DNA of 63,495 bases, the filler included, from Lentisphaeria bacterium (GTDB lineage Bacteria > Verrucomicrobiota > Lentisphaeria > JABSQK01 > JAWLHB01): assembly GCA_041690595.1 (NCBI GenBank). It is 3 parts of 3 records of this genome, joined end to end, with 100 filler letters (N's around TTAATTAATTAA, not from the genome) between each part and the next. Parts side by side here need not be neighbours in the genome. Positions count along the whole stretch, not along the records: positions 43,498 to 63,495 come from JAWLHB010000073.1; 2 more parts are not named here. The stretch is one strand, 5' to 3'. The notes beneath the pieces were generated by a model that saw nothing but the letters and a program-made list of their open reading frames with translations, searched no databases and was not told where the DNA came from. The translations under genes were made by a program, and so were the position numbers. Every line of letters begins with the position of its first letter. The first letter of the stretch is position 1. Shown here in pieces: positions 50,223-60,713 of this stretch.

Positions 50223-52364
50223 TCAGGATTGAGGATTGGAATAAGGGACTTCGTGGGGGAGGCCACGAGAGCCGATGCCCCAGGTGTTATTGTACGGATG
50301 AACATCGAGCGACTTCCACGGGAAGAAGGGTTCATCGCGGGGAACTGGACCGCTGACGAAGGGGAGCGTGGCGACATCGAGTTCGCTGCTGGCGATGGGC
50401 GGACGGTCAGGTGCGCGGCCATCGATCGCGGCGCTCTGCACGCTCATGGGGTCGAGCGAGGTGACCATCTCCAACTCGAGATCTTCGCGCTCGAAGACCA
50501 CGTAGCGCAGGTGCGCCCAGTAATCGTGGATGCGCACCCGGCACATGGCCTCGTGAAATGCTTCGAAGCTGGCATAGTCGGAGCGAGGGCGGAGGGTGAC
50601 GACGCAGCCGTTGAGCATGCGGGCCAGTTCCTCCGACGAGAACGCTCTGGCGGGGCCATGATAGTTGATCAGGTGAATCGCTTCGTAGCTATTCTCGCGC
50701 ACCAGCTCGATGGCGCACTCCCGCGGCGCGTTGGTGGGCAGGAGCGGATCGATGTGGAGGTAGACGTCTCCGGTGTCGATGGAGATGGGGAGGACCGCTT
50801 CACCGCGGAAGGTGAAATCGGCGACCCGATGGTTGCCGACCAGCACTGCCTTCGAGCGACCATAGTGGCAGGGCATCAGCAACGAGAGCTTGAGGGAGTG
50901 AATACCTTCCCTCTCGCCCAGCGCCGTCAGCCCCTGCCTGGGCAGGTAGTGGGGCTGCGCGAGGAGCATGGCGGTGGCATCCTTCTGGAGGGTAAGCAGA
51001 TTACCCTGAGACTTGACGAAGGCTTCGCCAAAGGGGGGCTTGGCGGTATCCAGAAAGCGCTTCTGAGCGTCAGGTTCTCCATGGCGTGCATCATTGACAA
51101 GGTACCGGACGAAGAGAACGCCCGCGTCGCGGAAGGAATCGGGGCTGGCCTTGCGGCGCCAGGTGGCATAGAGGCTGTTGGTCTGTTCGCCACCACAGAA
51201 GGCGCTGTCCACGGTGCCCAAGGAAAAGGACTCTTCCATGTAGGTGACCGTATGGCAGCGACCGCTGCCGCCGGCATGCTTGGGGGTGCTCATCTGCTCG
51301 ACGGCGCCCCGCAGGCGCGCGGGATAGCGGCGTTCGGTGATCAGCCGTCCCAGGGCGGCGGGAACATGCAGCTCCGTGTCGAGCATCTCCACGTATTCGA
51401 CGATGTTGGAGGGCTGATAGCCGTCGAAATGGACAACCTCGATGCCGTCGTGGTCGAAGCAGCTCTGGAGGAGGTCGTGGGAGGTTGCCCGCGTTCCGAA
51501 CGCCATCCAGAGGAGGGCCTGCTGATTGTGCATGTGGTTGGCGCTGTCGACGGTGTAGGCGCGGGCGGAGGGTCCCGCCTGGCAGAAGGTGCCGGGATGC
51601 CAATGCAGGAGGATTTCGGCCCAGAGCCGGTGCTCGATGGCAAGGGCCAACTCGCGCACTTCGGGGGTACGGGATTCGGCGGCCAGCTTGGCCATGGAGG
51701 CGAGGGTGATGCCAGAATAGGTGCCGGAGTTGTACTCGGCACACCAGCCGTTGCGGGCGAGCATGCGGCGGAAGCGCTTCAGCTTCCAGATGCCATGTTC
51801 GATGGCCGGCGGATAGTCCAGCACTTCGCCGCCAAGGATGAGGCCCACCGTCGACATGGCGGGCATGTTGTCGTTGGCGCCGTGAAAGCTGAAGTCGATC
51901 TGGGCGCTGCCGGGGCGATGCTCGAAGACGAGGCGAGTGTGATACTCGAGGACGCGGGCCGCTTCGGGGGTGAGCAGGCTTCCGTACTTGTGGAGGAGGC
52001 TGGCGGCATTGTTGGACTGGAAGATGCCGAACTGAAGCGCCCGTTCTTCGCCAGGGGCGTAGGTTGGAGGGCGGTAGACAGCGGGCGGATTGCAGTAGCG
52101 GGCCACCATGGCGTTGGCCATGGCGATATGCCGCTGATCGCCGGTATAGAGGCAGGGCGCGCCGCGGAAGGGCTCTCGGTTCGGATACTCGTTGCCCTCG
52201 CTGACCCCCGCGAAGACCTTGTGCGGCTTGCGATGGGTACCGTCCTCGTTGACCCACTCGAACATGGCTTCCCGCGCCCGTGCGAAGAAGGCGTCGCGGC
52301 GCGCCAGCATGGGAGCCGGGTCGAGCCAACTGATGGTTTCTGGTGCGGTGCTTGCGGTCGTCAT
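50223..52364 (-). CDS. Hypothetical protein, possible alpha/alpha-toroid lyase/hydrolase fold
   Basis: Long GC3-biased ORF in the operon; motifs HGANDNMP, AEYNSGTY and QAGPSARAY; no signal peptide. Confidence 0.6.
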   Translation of the reverse strand: MTTASTAPETISWLDPAPMLARRDAFFARAREAMFEWVNEDGTHRKPHKVFAGVSEGNEYPNREPFRGAPCLYTGDQRHIAMANAMVARYCNPPAVYRPPTYAPGEERALQFGIFQSNNAASLLHKYGSLLTPEAARVLEYHTRLVFEHRPGSAQIDFSFHGANDNMPAMSTVGLILGGEVLDYPPAIEHGIWKLKRFRRMLARNGWCAEYNSGTYSGITLASMAKLAAESRTPEVRELALAIEHRLWAEILLHWHPGTFCQAGPSARAYTVDSANHMHNQQALLWMAFGTRATSHDLLQSCFDHDGIEVVHFDGYQPSNIVEYVEMLDTELHVPAALGRLITERRYPARLRGAVEQMSTPKHAGGSGRCHTVTYMEESFSLGTVDSAFCGGEQTNSLYATWRRKASPDSFRDAGVLFVRYLVNDARHGEPDAQKRFLDTAKPPFGEAFVKSQGNLLTLQKDATAMLLAQPHYLPRQGLTALGEREGIHSLKLSLLMPCHYGRSKAVLVGNHRVADFTFRGEAVLPISIDTGDVYLHIDPLLPTNAPRECAIELVRENSYEAIHLINYHGPARAFSSEELARMLNGCVVTLRPRSDYASFEAFHEAMCRVRIHDYWAHLRYVVFEREDLELEMVTSLDPMSVQSAAIDGRAPDRPPIASSELDVATLPFVSGPVPRDEPFFPWKSLDVHPYNNTWGIGSRGLPHEVPYSNPQS

Positions 52365-52374
52365 CGTTCGGGCC

Positions 52375-55300
52375 TCACGGGTGTGGCGTTTCCTGTAGAA
52401 GATAGAGTTGACAGTCATCGACAAAGGCATCGCCGGCAGCCCAGTTATAGGCAAAGCTGATGCTCAGGGAAGAGGCTTCGTCGGGAATGGCGAAGACGGC
52501 CTCCAGTGGCTGATAGGCATCGCGATGTACCACCTTGGCGACAGTCAGGCTCACATCCCGCCCATAGTTGGAGGTGGCGCCGGGGGAGAGGGGCTTGATC
52601 CACGCCAGTGACGGCATTCCTTTGCCCGCCGCATCGACGGGCGTCAGCCAGGTCATGATCGCTCGTTCGGAGGCGCGAACCCGGGCGCGAAAGAGATAGA
52701 CTTCGCCGGGTTGCACGGGGAGGGACCAGCCGCCCACGGTCATGACGCCAGTGCTGTTGAGGCGCTCGATGCGCAGACATCGGCCGGCCCAGGCGCCCTC
52801 GGTGACGAGGGCGGCGCGGGCGTTCCGCTCCAAATCGCTCGGCCACCAGAGCCGCCAGCCTTCGAGGTCCGGCCCGGGCGGCAGAGAGGGGTCCTCGAAA
52901 TTGCCATTCGGAAGGAGGTTCTCGCGCACGTCATGGGAATCGGCGAGAACGATGTCGCCGAAAGCAGCGGGATTCTTGTCGGATACCAGGCTGAACCATG
53001 ACATGGCGCGGCGGCCGGAATTGCCGCCATCATGATCGTTGAAGGTGAAGGCGATGCTGATGGCCTGACCGAGTCCGGGGGCGAAGTCGGCCGCCAACTC
53101 GCGCCACGGCACCATGGCTTCATAATGGGTTTCGTTGCCGTCGCGGCGGAGGGCGATGCGGGCGGCGGTGACCTGCCCCTTCGGCAGCGGCCCATCGTAG
53201 CGATGCACCCTCGGCTGCCCGTCTTGGAAGCCCGCGAGGGTGATCATCTGGAAGGGTGCATCCTTGCTGAGGCCGCGGTTCGGGTCGATGAGCAGCTCGA
53301 TGGCGTCACAGTTGAACTCTCGACCGGGTATACCCGAGACTGCCAGCACCTCATCGGTGACGCGGGCGGCAAGGTAGAGATTCGCGTCATCCCAGCGCAG
53401 CCACAGTCGACCCGAGAGATCCTCGGTTCCCCCCCATGTTTTGGGGGAACTGAAGGGGAAGAACTGATCGCCGCGGTCGGCGACGAGGGGGAACGCCGCG
53501 GGCCAGTCGGCTAGATCGCCGTCGATGGTCGGAGGTCGGAGGGCGCGTGTGGCGACATGGAAGTTGAGGTTCTCGACGGCCTCGTAGGAGCGGTTGGGGG
53601 TAGTGAGTCGGATGCGCACGGGCAGCCGCGCGTCACGGTCTGCATCGATCGCAGTGGCGTCGAAGTAGAACGTGCGGCTTTCCCCGTGTCGCAGAGTGGA
53701 GACCGGGTAGGCGGATGGCGAGATCTTCAGGGGGGATTCGGGTTGGAGAACGATGGTGCCGACGATCTCCTCCCGGCGTTCGTTGGTGACGGTGACGGCG
53801 AGTCGCGGCCGGTGGGGGTCGCGGGTGGCATGTTGGGCCGTGAGCTTGACAGTGCGGGCAGGGGCGATGCGTTGTGCGCCCACCAGATATTGGGGCATCG
53901 GGGTAAGGTCGATCACGGCAATTCCCCCGGGCGCTTCCAACTCCCGGCGGTTTCCCATGACGTCGACAATCGTCACCTTTTCGACGCCGACCTCCAACTC
54001 GGCGATGGCTTCCGGCCCAGTCGACCATAGTACCGCCACCGGCCCCTGGCGGACGGAACGCTCACGCACATAAACGATGCCCCGGGGAATCTCATGGCGC
54101 GCGACAAACCGGCCTGCGCCCAGGAGATCCGTCATGGTCGCATAGGCCAGATACTGTGGGCGGACCCGTTTGCGGTAGGTCAGGCTGCCGTTGTCGTCGC
54201 CCAGAATCATCCCCCATTGTTCGAGATGGAAAAAGGAAGGAAACGCGGACAGGACGGAAGTCCAGTAGACGATCATGCGTCGGACAGCCTCACGTTCCTC
54301 GTCGATACGGTTTGGCCCCGTGGGGGAACATCGGGCCTGCGCATCGAACTCGGAGACGAAGATGGGCAGGTCGGGGCAGTTGGCTTTCTCCAGCTCGATC
54401 AGGTTTGGTGGCCAGATGGCGAAGGCGCTGATGTAGGTATTCATGCCGAAGCAGTCAATGCGGTCGGCCGTGGTGAGCTGAAAGAAGAGTCTGAGGACAT
54501 TGCCTTCGATGTCGCTCGCACACTGCGGCCCGAAGAGGGAGTCGGGATCGGCCTGCTTGGCCGCGGCGAAGGCCACGAAATACTCGTCCCAATACTGTCG
54601 CACGGTGCCCTGTCTCCCCCAGTAAAGGTAGCTGCGTCCGCCCTGGCCATTCCTGGCATCCTCTTCGACGGTATCGCGATCCAGCTCTTTGACGGCGCCG
54701 TGCATGGATTCGGTGCCGTATCGCCAGTGGCGTATGTCCTCCTTCAGGGCGCTCACCAGGGCGGTGACCACTTCGGCGAGAATGGGGTAATCGTCGGGTG
54801 CCATGAGATGTGGGCATTCGAGGTGTCCCATGGGGGTGATGCCGTACCGGCGCCATGCGGCGATGGCGTCCCGGGCCAGCTCCACACGTTTGGCGATGGC
54901 CTCCCGCCGGGCCTCGGGATCACGGATGCTGACGAGCTGGCTGAGGTAGATGGGTCCGCCGGCGCCAAACCAGGTCTTGCCCATGCCGGCCATCTTCATC
55001 AACAGCCCCATCTCCGCCTCGTCGGGCGTGCCGATGACGGTACGGAAGCGATGATTCCACAGGCTGAAGGGGTAATCCATGCGCCCGCGCTCGGCAGCGG
55101 TGACCTCGCGCGGCGCGAGAAGGGCGAAGCGGGTCTCTCCGTGCTCCTGCTCTTCACCATCCTGGACGATCGCATAACGAATGGTGTACGCCCCGAGCAG
55201 CAACTCATGGGGACGCTCAATCGGCAGGCGTACCCGGCCGAAGGGTGGGACCATGGTGGCCACCCTTCCGCGGCCGGTCGAGTGGCCGAACCAGTCGAGG

Positions 55301-56760
55301 ATGTCGTAGTTGATCATGATCTCGCGCGGATCGCCCAGCCAGTTGGTCAGCCTCAAAGCCAGTTCGGAATGGTCGTTTCCGGCCATGAGAATGCCGCCGG
55401 GAAGGGCAGACTCGCTCTCCAGCGAGAGGGTGTTCTGGCGCTGCCTGCTGCTGCTTGGCACAAAGGGCATGGCGCCGGCCTCCACGGTGTCCCAGAAAGC
55501 ATCGAGCGGGCTGATGGCGGGCGCGCGTCCTCCATCGGTCTTCGTCTCCCGGTTGGTCTTTACCTGGTAGAGTGCGAGGTTGTCGACGAGGACAAAGCCG
55601 CGCTCGTCGGCGCGCTTGCGCTGCATACCGCCGTCGACATCATGGAAGGCATGAAACATGACGACGGCGGCGCGTACGGCCGCAGCCTTGGCGGGAGCGG
55701 GAATGGGTTGGCTGATGACGTGCACCCAGCCGGAGATCTGGAAGGGGTTGGAGTTGGGCAGCCAGTCCTGCCAGACATTTTCGTAAGGGAGGACCTGTCC
55801 GCGGGCGTCGAGGAACTGGATGCGAACGGGGTTGACGTTGCCACGGTCGAGGTACTGGCGGTTGGCATACCAGAGGAAAGCCGTCGCCTGATAAAGCTGG
55901 CCGGGCGTTGCGGGCGCGGGCTCCGAGACCCAGCGAGCACTGACTTCCTCTCGGGCAAGCGCATAGTTTCCGCCGGGCGAGCCGCCCGGAACGTAGACGG
56001 ACTTGTCGTCGCCCCAGCTTCTGACGTAAGGGCCGCGGTCGAAGAGCTTCAAGCACCGTCGGCCGGAGAAGGCTCCGCCATCCTGCCAGAGAGCGGCGCC
56101 GCCGCTGTTATCCCCCTCGATCTGCCAGCCAGTTGGCGCTTCAACGCCATCCTCAAGGGCGCCGTTGCCAACCAGATTGGTGCCGAAGGGCCAGGCGGTC
56201 GGCGCAACCGAGAGAGGACCGGCGTCGTGAGGTCCCGATGGGGGAAATTCGAGGCCGGTGACGGTTACCTCGTCATCCCCGATGGTGACGGTCTGCAGAA
56301 TGGCATGGGCAGCGCGACCGGGAGCGTGTCGTTCCAGACGAAAGGAAAGCTCGGCGGTGATGGCGGTATCCGGGACCGAGATGTTGTCGGCGACCGGCAG
56401 CAGCGTGCTGGCGGCTCGCGTGATCGTCCAGTCCCGAGCCACGGGAGGAAAGCCGAGTTGCCTTCGTTGATCGTCGACATCCTGGCCCGCTGCATCGAAC
56501 CAGCGAATGGCGACCCTCAGCACGACCTCGGAGCTGAGGTTTCCGGCGGTGTAGCTGAATGAGAGGCCGATGCGCGCATTGGCGGCTACGGGAAAAGGGT
56601 CGCTGACAACGGCGCTGGAGCCGGGTTCCGCCAATTCCAGCCGCAGTGCCTCGTCACTGAGGCTGGCCACCCCATTTCCCGGTGCGGGTGTCCAGGTCAG
56701 TTCGGCGGCCAGGCCAATCATACTGAAGGCGAGAAAAAGCAGCAGTCTGGCAGCATTCAT
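52375..56760 (-). CDS. Secreted multimodular CAZyme-like protein (CBM-like modules, clan GH-A-like core, CBM9/DOMON-like domain)
   Basis: Signal peptide; NLVGNGALE and NLLPNGNFE CBM-type starts; PIFVSEF nucleophile-like strand; PPTIDGDLADW...LWLRWDDANLYLAARVTD CBM9-like motif. Confidence 0.7.
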   Translation of the reverse strand: MNAARLLLFLAFSMIGLAAELTWTPAPGNGVASLSDEALRLELAEPGSSAVVSDPFPVAANARIGLSFSYTAGNLSSEVVLRVAIRWFDAAGQDVDDQRRQLGFPPVARDWTITRAASTLLPVADNISVPDTAITAELSFRLERHAPGRAAHAILQTVTIGDDEVTVTGLEFPPSGPHDAGPLSVAPTAWPFGTNLVGNGALEDGVEAPTGWQIEGDNSGGAALWQDGGAFSGRRCLKLFDRGPYVRSWGDDKSVYVPGGSPGGNYALAREEVSARWVSEPAPATPGQLYQATAFLWYANRQYLDRGNVNPVRIQFLDARGQVLPYENVWQDWLPNSNPFQISGWVHVISQPIPAPAKAAAVRAAVVMFHAFHDVDGGMQRKRADERGFVLVDNLALYQVKTNRETKTDGGRAPAISPLDAFWDTVEAGAMPFVPSSSRQRQNTLSLESESALPGGILMAGNDHSELALRLTNWLGDPREIMINYDILDWFGHSTGRGRVATMVPPFGRVRLPIERPHELLLGAYTIRYAIVQDGEEQEHGETRFALLAPREVTAAERGRMDYPFSLWNHRFRTVIGTPDEAEMGLLMKMAGMGKTWFGAGGPIYLSQLVSIRDPEARREAIAKRVELARDAIAAWRRYGITPMGHLECPHLMAPDDYPILAEVVTALVSALKEDIRHWRYGTESMHGAVKELDRDTVEEDARNGQGGRSYLYWGRQGTVRQYWDEYFVAFAAAKQADPDSLFGPQCASDIEGNVLRLFFQLTTADRIDCFGMNTYISAFAIWPPNLIELEKANCPDLPIFVSEFDAQARCSPTGPNRIDEEREAVRRMIVYWTSVLSAFPSFFHLEQWGMILGDDNGSLTYRKRVRPQYLAYATMTDLLGAGRFVARHEIPRGIVYVRERSVRQGPVAVLWSTGPEAIAELEVGVEKVTIVDVMGNRRELEAPGGIAVIDLTPMPQYLVGAQRIAPARTVKLTAQHATRDPHRPRLAVTVTNERREEIVGTIVLQPESPLKISPSAYPVSTLRHGESRTFYFDATAIDADRDARLPVRIRLTTPNRSYEAVENLNFHVATRALRPPTIDGDLADWPAAFPLVADRGDQFFPFSSPKTWGGTEDLSGRLWLRWDDANLYLAARVTDEVLAVSGIPGREFNCDAIELLIDPNRGLSKDAPFQMITLAGFQDGQPRVHRYDGPLPKGQVTAARIALRRDGNETHYEAMVPWRELAADFAPGLGQAISIAFTFNDHDGGNSGRRAMSWFSLVSDKNPAAFGDIVLADSHDVRENLLPNGNFEDPSLPPGPDLEGWRLWWPSDLERNARAALVTEGAWAGRCLRIERLNSTGVMTVGGWSLPVQPGEVYLFRARVRASERAIMTWLTPVDAAGKGMPSLAWIKPLSPGATSNYGRDVSLTVAKVVHRDAYQPLEAVFAIPDEASSLSISFAYNWAAGDAFVDDCQLYLLQETPHP

Positions 56761-58811
56761 GGCTTGCTCCTCAGGATGAAGGCGGCAATGCCGTTGAAGG
56801 GGTGTGTACCGGGGCCGAAGCTCTCGTCCGTGCCATGAATGGGCTCGGCGCGGAAGCCGGCGGGTACGGTGATGGAACCGCTACCGACGGCAAAGAGGCA
56901 TCCCGTGCCGCGGTCGGGGCTCCGCCACTCGATGCTGCCGTCGTGGTGAAGCGTGCGCACCTGCATGACCGGCGAGAGGCGATGATAGAGATGGTTGATG
57001 GTGCCGACGTAGTCGGGCAGCTCCGGCGGCGGTTCAAGTGGCAGGTCAGCGCGGGCATGGCTGGCAATCCCCCCCAGCGGCGCCTTGTTCGCCATCATCC
57101 GGAAGTAGCTCGTCTCGTCGAGGGTGCCATCGTTCAGCAGCCTGGCGTTGAAGCGATAGTGGCTCCAGTAGGCCAGCTCGGGAGAGGCGAGGTACTGGGG
57201 CCAGAGTCCACAGCTGGTGACGCCGATGGGGCCGACCGTCTCGATCAGGCAATCCAGCCCGAGCTGACGGCACTCTCCCTGGAAGGAAAGCAGCTCGCCC
57301 ATGTGGGGTGGCAGAGCCGGATCGCCGAAGTCGATCGGGGAAGCGGAAAGGTTGTTGTAGGAGTCGATGAAGAGCAGGTCGAGCCCCTGCTCCTTCAGCT
57401 GTCGCAGTTGGTCGAGCAGCCATTGGCGGAAGCCGCTGCGCAGTGAGCAGGAGGCCATGATGCGGTAGTTGCCGTCCCACGGAGCGGACGAGTCGTAGCG
57501 CATCACCCAATCGGGGTGCGCCTGGAGAGTCGGTCCGCGCAGGGAGAGGTGAAAGCAGAGCCACATGGAGACCTTGATGCCGCGTTGATGGGCTTTGTCG
57601 CAGAGCTGGGTGAAGGCCTTGGGGCCCCCAAATCGAGGTAAGACCAGATAATCGTCCGGCTCGCAGGCATTGGCGGTTTCCGGCATGTCGAGGCCGCGAT
57701 GGTTGCCCCAGTGGCCCGTATAGAGGCAGTTGAAGCCGTGCTGTTGCATCCAGTCGAGCCTGGCCTCCATGCGCTCCATCATGTCGTCGGGCGGATGTCC
57801 CCAGCAGGGAGGCGTGGTGATCCAGGTCATGGAGTAGCTGATGACGGGATCGTTGCGGTGGACGCCGGCCTGGCCGCGCCAGCTATCGGCGACATGTTCC
57901 CAGAGGTCGGTCCAGCGATTGAGCGCTTCGGCGCGGGTGAGGCCTGGGAGCGGTGCGGCGAGGATGGTCTTGGGGGCGGTGGTGTGCTGGCAGGTGAGCG
58001 GGAAGTAGTGGTGATCCAGATGGCCGATGCCGACATCGCCCGGACGCCATTCGATCAGCGTGCGATAGTAGCCGGGCTGCTCGAAGTAGCCGAAGAGGAT
58101 GGCCGAGTCACTGTAGTGTGCATCGATGAGGGCGCCGCCGGCGCCGCGCAGTTGCGCCTGGAGGGGCAGAATGTAGCCGAGGGAGGGATCCGCGGGGATA
58201 CTCGGCACCGTGGTGGCGCTGTTGCTGGCCTTGGGGATGAAGCTCTCCGCGGTCGAATAGACCGCTCCCTGGCGCGAAAGGGTAGCTTCCATCGCTCCGG
58301 CGCAGGGGTGCATGTGCCGGGAGATGATCCGCATGCCCTCGGGATCGCCGCCGACTTCCCAGGTGCCTGCATCCAGCACCCAATGGAAGGGATGGTCAAG
58401 TTCGAACTGGTACTGATAGGAGAAACCGTGGTAGAGATTCTCGCGGACCGCTGGATTGCCGATCGTCCGCGCTTCAGCCTGGAAGATCCAGCGAAAGGTT
58501 CCGAGGCGGACGGGGCGGCGTTCCGGCGTCGCGAGGAAGGCGAACTGGAACATGTCGAGCTTGCGGCCGATGGGGGGACGTGTGCCCCAGGCTTCGCAAA
58601 CCAGAACGAGGGCCCCTTCCTCCGCCTGCAGCCGGTTGCGGAGGATGAATTCATCGATCCGCCAGCCGTCGCGGCTTTCAACGTAAGGGAGACGGAGGCT
58701 CTCCGGCGCCATGAGGGTCACCCCATCGACCGAGGCCTGCGAGAGACCACGCAGCACCCGGTCCTCGACGACAAACTCCAGTTGCACCCGGTCGTTCAGG
58801 TTGATCTTCAT
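56757..58811 (-). CDS. Glycoside hydrolase-like TIM-barrel protein (GH13/GH36-like)
   Basis: RLDWMQQHGFNCLY, PRFGGPKAFTQLCDKAHQRGIKVSMW, GLDLLFIDS; ATGA coupling at both ends. Confidence 0.65.
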   Translation of the reverse strand: MKINLNDRVQLEFVVEDRVLRGLSQASVDGVTLMAPESLRLPYVESRDGWRIDEFILRNRLQAEEGALVLVCEAWGTRPPIGRKLDMFQFAFLATPERRPVRLGTFRWIFQAEARTIGNPAVRENLYHGFSYQYQFELDHPFHWVLDAGTWEVGGDPEGMRIISRHMHPCAGAMEATLSRQGAVYSTAESFIPKASNSATTVPSIPADPSLGYILPLQAQLRGAGGALIDAHYSDSAILFGYFEQPGYYRTLIEWRPGDVGIGHLDHHYFPLTCQHTTAPKTILAAPLPGLTRAEALNRWTDLWEHVADSWRGQAGVHRNDPVISYSMTWITTPPCWGHPPDDMMERMEARLDWMQQHGFNCLYTGHWGNHRGLDMPETANACEPDDYLVLPRFGGPKAFTQLCDKAHQRGIKVSMWLCFHLSLRGPTLQAHPDWVMRYDSSAPWDGNYRIMASCSLRSGFRQWLLDQLRQLKEQGLDLLFIDSYNNLSASPIDFGDPALPPHMGELLSFQGECRQLGLDCLIETVGPIGVTSCGLWPQYLASPELAYWSHYRFNARLLNDGTLDETSYFRMMANKAPLGGIASHARADLPLEPPPELPDYVGTINHLYHRLSPVMQVRTLHHDGSIEWRSPDRGTGCLFAVGSGSITVPAGFRAEPIHGTDESFGPGTHPFNGIAAFILRSKP

Positions 58812-60436
58812 CGGGCCGCATCCTGCCGGGGCGCCACGAGAAACTCCGCCCATACCAGCGCGCCAGGCTCTCGTGGCGGAACGAACTCGACCACATTGAT
58901 GTCGTCGTGGAGTATGTGCGGCGGCACGCCGTAGCGCAGGATCTGCGTGGCTTCGGCCGGCGGTTGCCCGTGGATGAAATCACGCAGATGATCGACGGCG
59001 GGGAGGTCAAAGGGGGGAGGCGCCTGATCGCAGGGGGTGCAGATCGCCTGGTTCACCCGCAGGGGCATGGCGGCGGCATCCAGCTCCGGGGTGTCGGCGG
59101 AGAAGCCCAGTTGCAGGCAAACGGCGCCGTCGAGAGGTTTTGGCCCGATGGCAATCCGCAGGGTGATGTTCTGCTCCATCCGGCCAAAAGCGACGCCAAC
59201 ACTGGGAACCGTCAGCGGTATGGGCAGGAGAGCGCGGCTGGCTTCGCCCGGCGCGCAGACCTGGGGATAGGTGAGCGCCTGTCGGCGCGGTCGCCGCGCG
59301 ATGGCCGCCAGATTGGCCACGTCGCGATAGAGGGCGTGCAGGTCGGCGGCGGCTTCGGGCCCCTCCAGCAATTTGGTGGGGCAGTGATTGAAGAGGTGAA
59401 TGCCGTCCACGCCACGCTGGAGGGCGGCGGCGGCGGCGCCAAAGGTGAAGGCGGTGGTGCCGACGTAGCCGCTTGACGCAGGCGAGGGCCCGGGATGGGC
59501 GCCGACCACCGGTTCGGCATTGGCAATCAGTTTGACCGCGGGACCCAGAAGGCGACGCCAGATGCTGACCGGATAATCGAAGTTGGCGGTGCCGAGGAAG
59601 GAAGAGAGAATGACCATGTCCACGAGCCCTTCGTCCGCCCAGCGGGGCACGTCGTAACCGAGTGCCAGGCAGGTGGCGGGTTCGGCGGGCACACGCACCG
59701 CTACCTTCACGGGATGGCCCACGCGCTGGGCGCTGGTCTCGGCATGCTTGCGTGTCTGGCGCATGAAGTCGGTCAGGATATCCAGCCCCTCTGCTTCGCC
59801 GCCCGGGGCGAACATCATGCCCCAGCGCATCCAGTCCAGCTCGAATCCAGTCATGTCGTAGCGTTCGAGGACTTCCTGCACAAGGGCCATGTGATGCTCG
59901 CGGACGGCGGGATGGGCGTAGTCAAAGGCCCCTTCCCAACTGCGCTCGTCACGCCAGGGGGCGCGGCGGTATTCGGGATGCTCCCGCCACCAGGTGGAGG
60001 CCCAATGGCGCGTCCAGTGGGTCGCATTGGCACCCGACGCCTTCTGCACGGCCTCCTTGAGACCGTGGCAATCGTTCATGCGCATGCTCAGCCAGCCTTC
60101 GATGCCATGGTGGCGGCAGCGTGCCAGCCAGCGGGCATGATGATCGATACCCCGCTGCGCCAGCAGCCACAGGTTCCGGGCACCGTGACGGCGCCACATG
60201 GCGGGCTGCTCGTCCCCTTTCGTGGGATCGTAGTCGCTGTAGAAGCTCTCCCAGACCCGGCTTTCGAACAGGGCACGCTGCACATTCAGGCAAAAGGCGA
60301 TGCCGGTGACCGGGAATTGCGCGGCTGCATCCACCATGCGGTCCACACCTGCCTCAGTCATCTCCGACTCGGGCCGGGAATTGTAGAAACTCTGGTTATC
60401 TTCATTGATATAGAGTTCGCTCATGACGCTTGCCAT
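58808..60436 (-). CDS. GHL10/DUF187-like glycoside hydrolase
   Basis: GIEGWLSMRMND, FDYAHPAVREH, EVLERYDMTGFELDWMR, GVDGIHLFN. Confidence 0.72.
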   Translation of the reverse strand: MASVMSELYINEDNQSFYNSRPESEMTEAGVDRMVDAAAQFPVTGIAFCLNVQRALFESRVWESFYSDYDPTKGDEQPAMWRRHGARNLWLLAQRGIDHHARWLARCRHHGIEGWLSMRMNDCHGLKEAVQKASGANATHWTRHWASTWWREHPEYRRAPWRDERSWEGAFDYAHPAVREHHMALVQEVLERYDMTGFELDWMRWGMMFAPGGEAEGLDILTDFMRQTRKHAETSAQRVGHPVKVAVRVPAEPATCLALGYDVPRWADEGLVDMVILSSFLGTANFDYPVSIWRRLLGPAVKLIANAEPVVGAHPGPSPASSGYVGTTAFTFGAAAAALQRGVDGIHLFNHCPTKLLEGPEAAADLHALYRDVANLAAIARRPRRQALTYPQVCAPGEASRALLPIPLTVPSVGVAFGRMEQNITLRIAIGPKPLDGAVCLQLGFSADTPELDAAAMPLRVNQAICTPCDQAPPPFDLPAVDHLRDFIHGQPPAEATQILRYGVPPHILHDDINVVEFVPPREPGALVWAEFLVAPRQDAAR

Positions 60437-60713
60437 CCCTTTCGCCTATTTCGAACATTGTTCAGGTGAATAATTAGTATATTAACACGGCCTTACTCGC
60501 CCGCAAGCCCCCACTTGAAGAATCTCGACGGACGAAGCGGGAGGTGGCGGCATAATCCGATCTCCTTGTGACACAAGAACTTACGCGTCTTGATGGCCTG
60601 ATCGGGGTTGACGCTGGGCGAGCCATGCGTATGGTGCATGGTGTCACGGTCTTCACCGCCACCATAAGGCCATCGACTTTCAGGAAACTGCACACATCAG
60701 GGGAAGTGTTGAG

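Noticed and set aside
33731..56562. Long antisense ORFs (33731-36439, 40108-42405, 46370-49672, 50088-52460, 54094-56562)
   Set aside because: These are shadow frames of high-GC genes with no motifs; the opposite strand has the recognisable proteins.
60474..60695. Small ORFs between the GH operon and the oxidoreductase
   Set aside because: More simply a divergent promoter region; no motifs, and no specific promoter elements can be assigned confidently.
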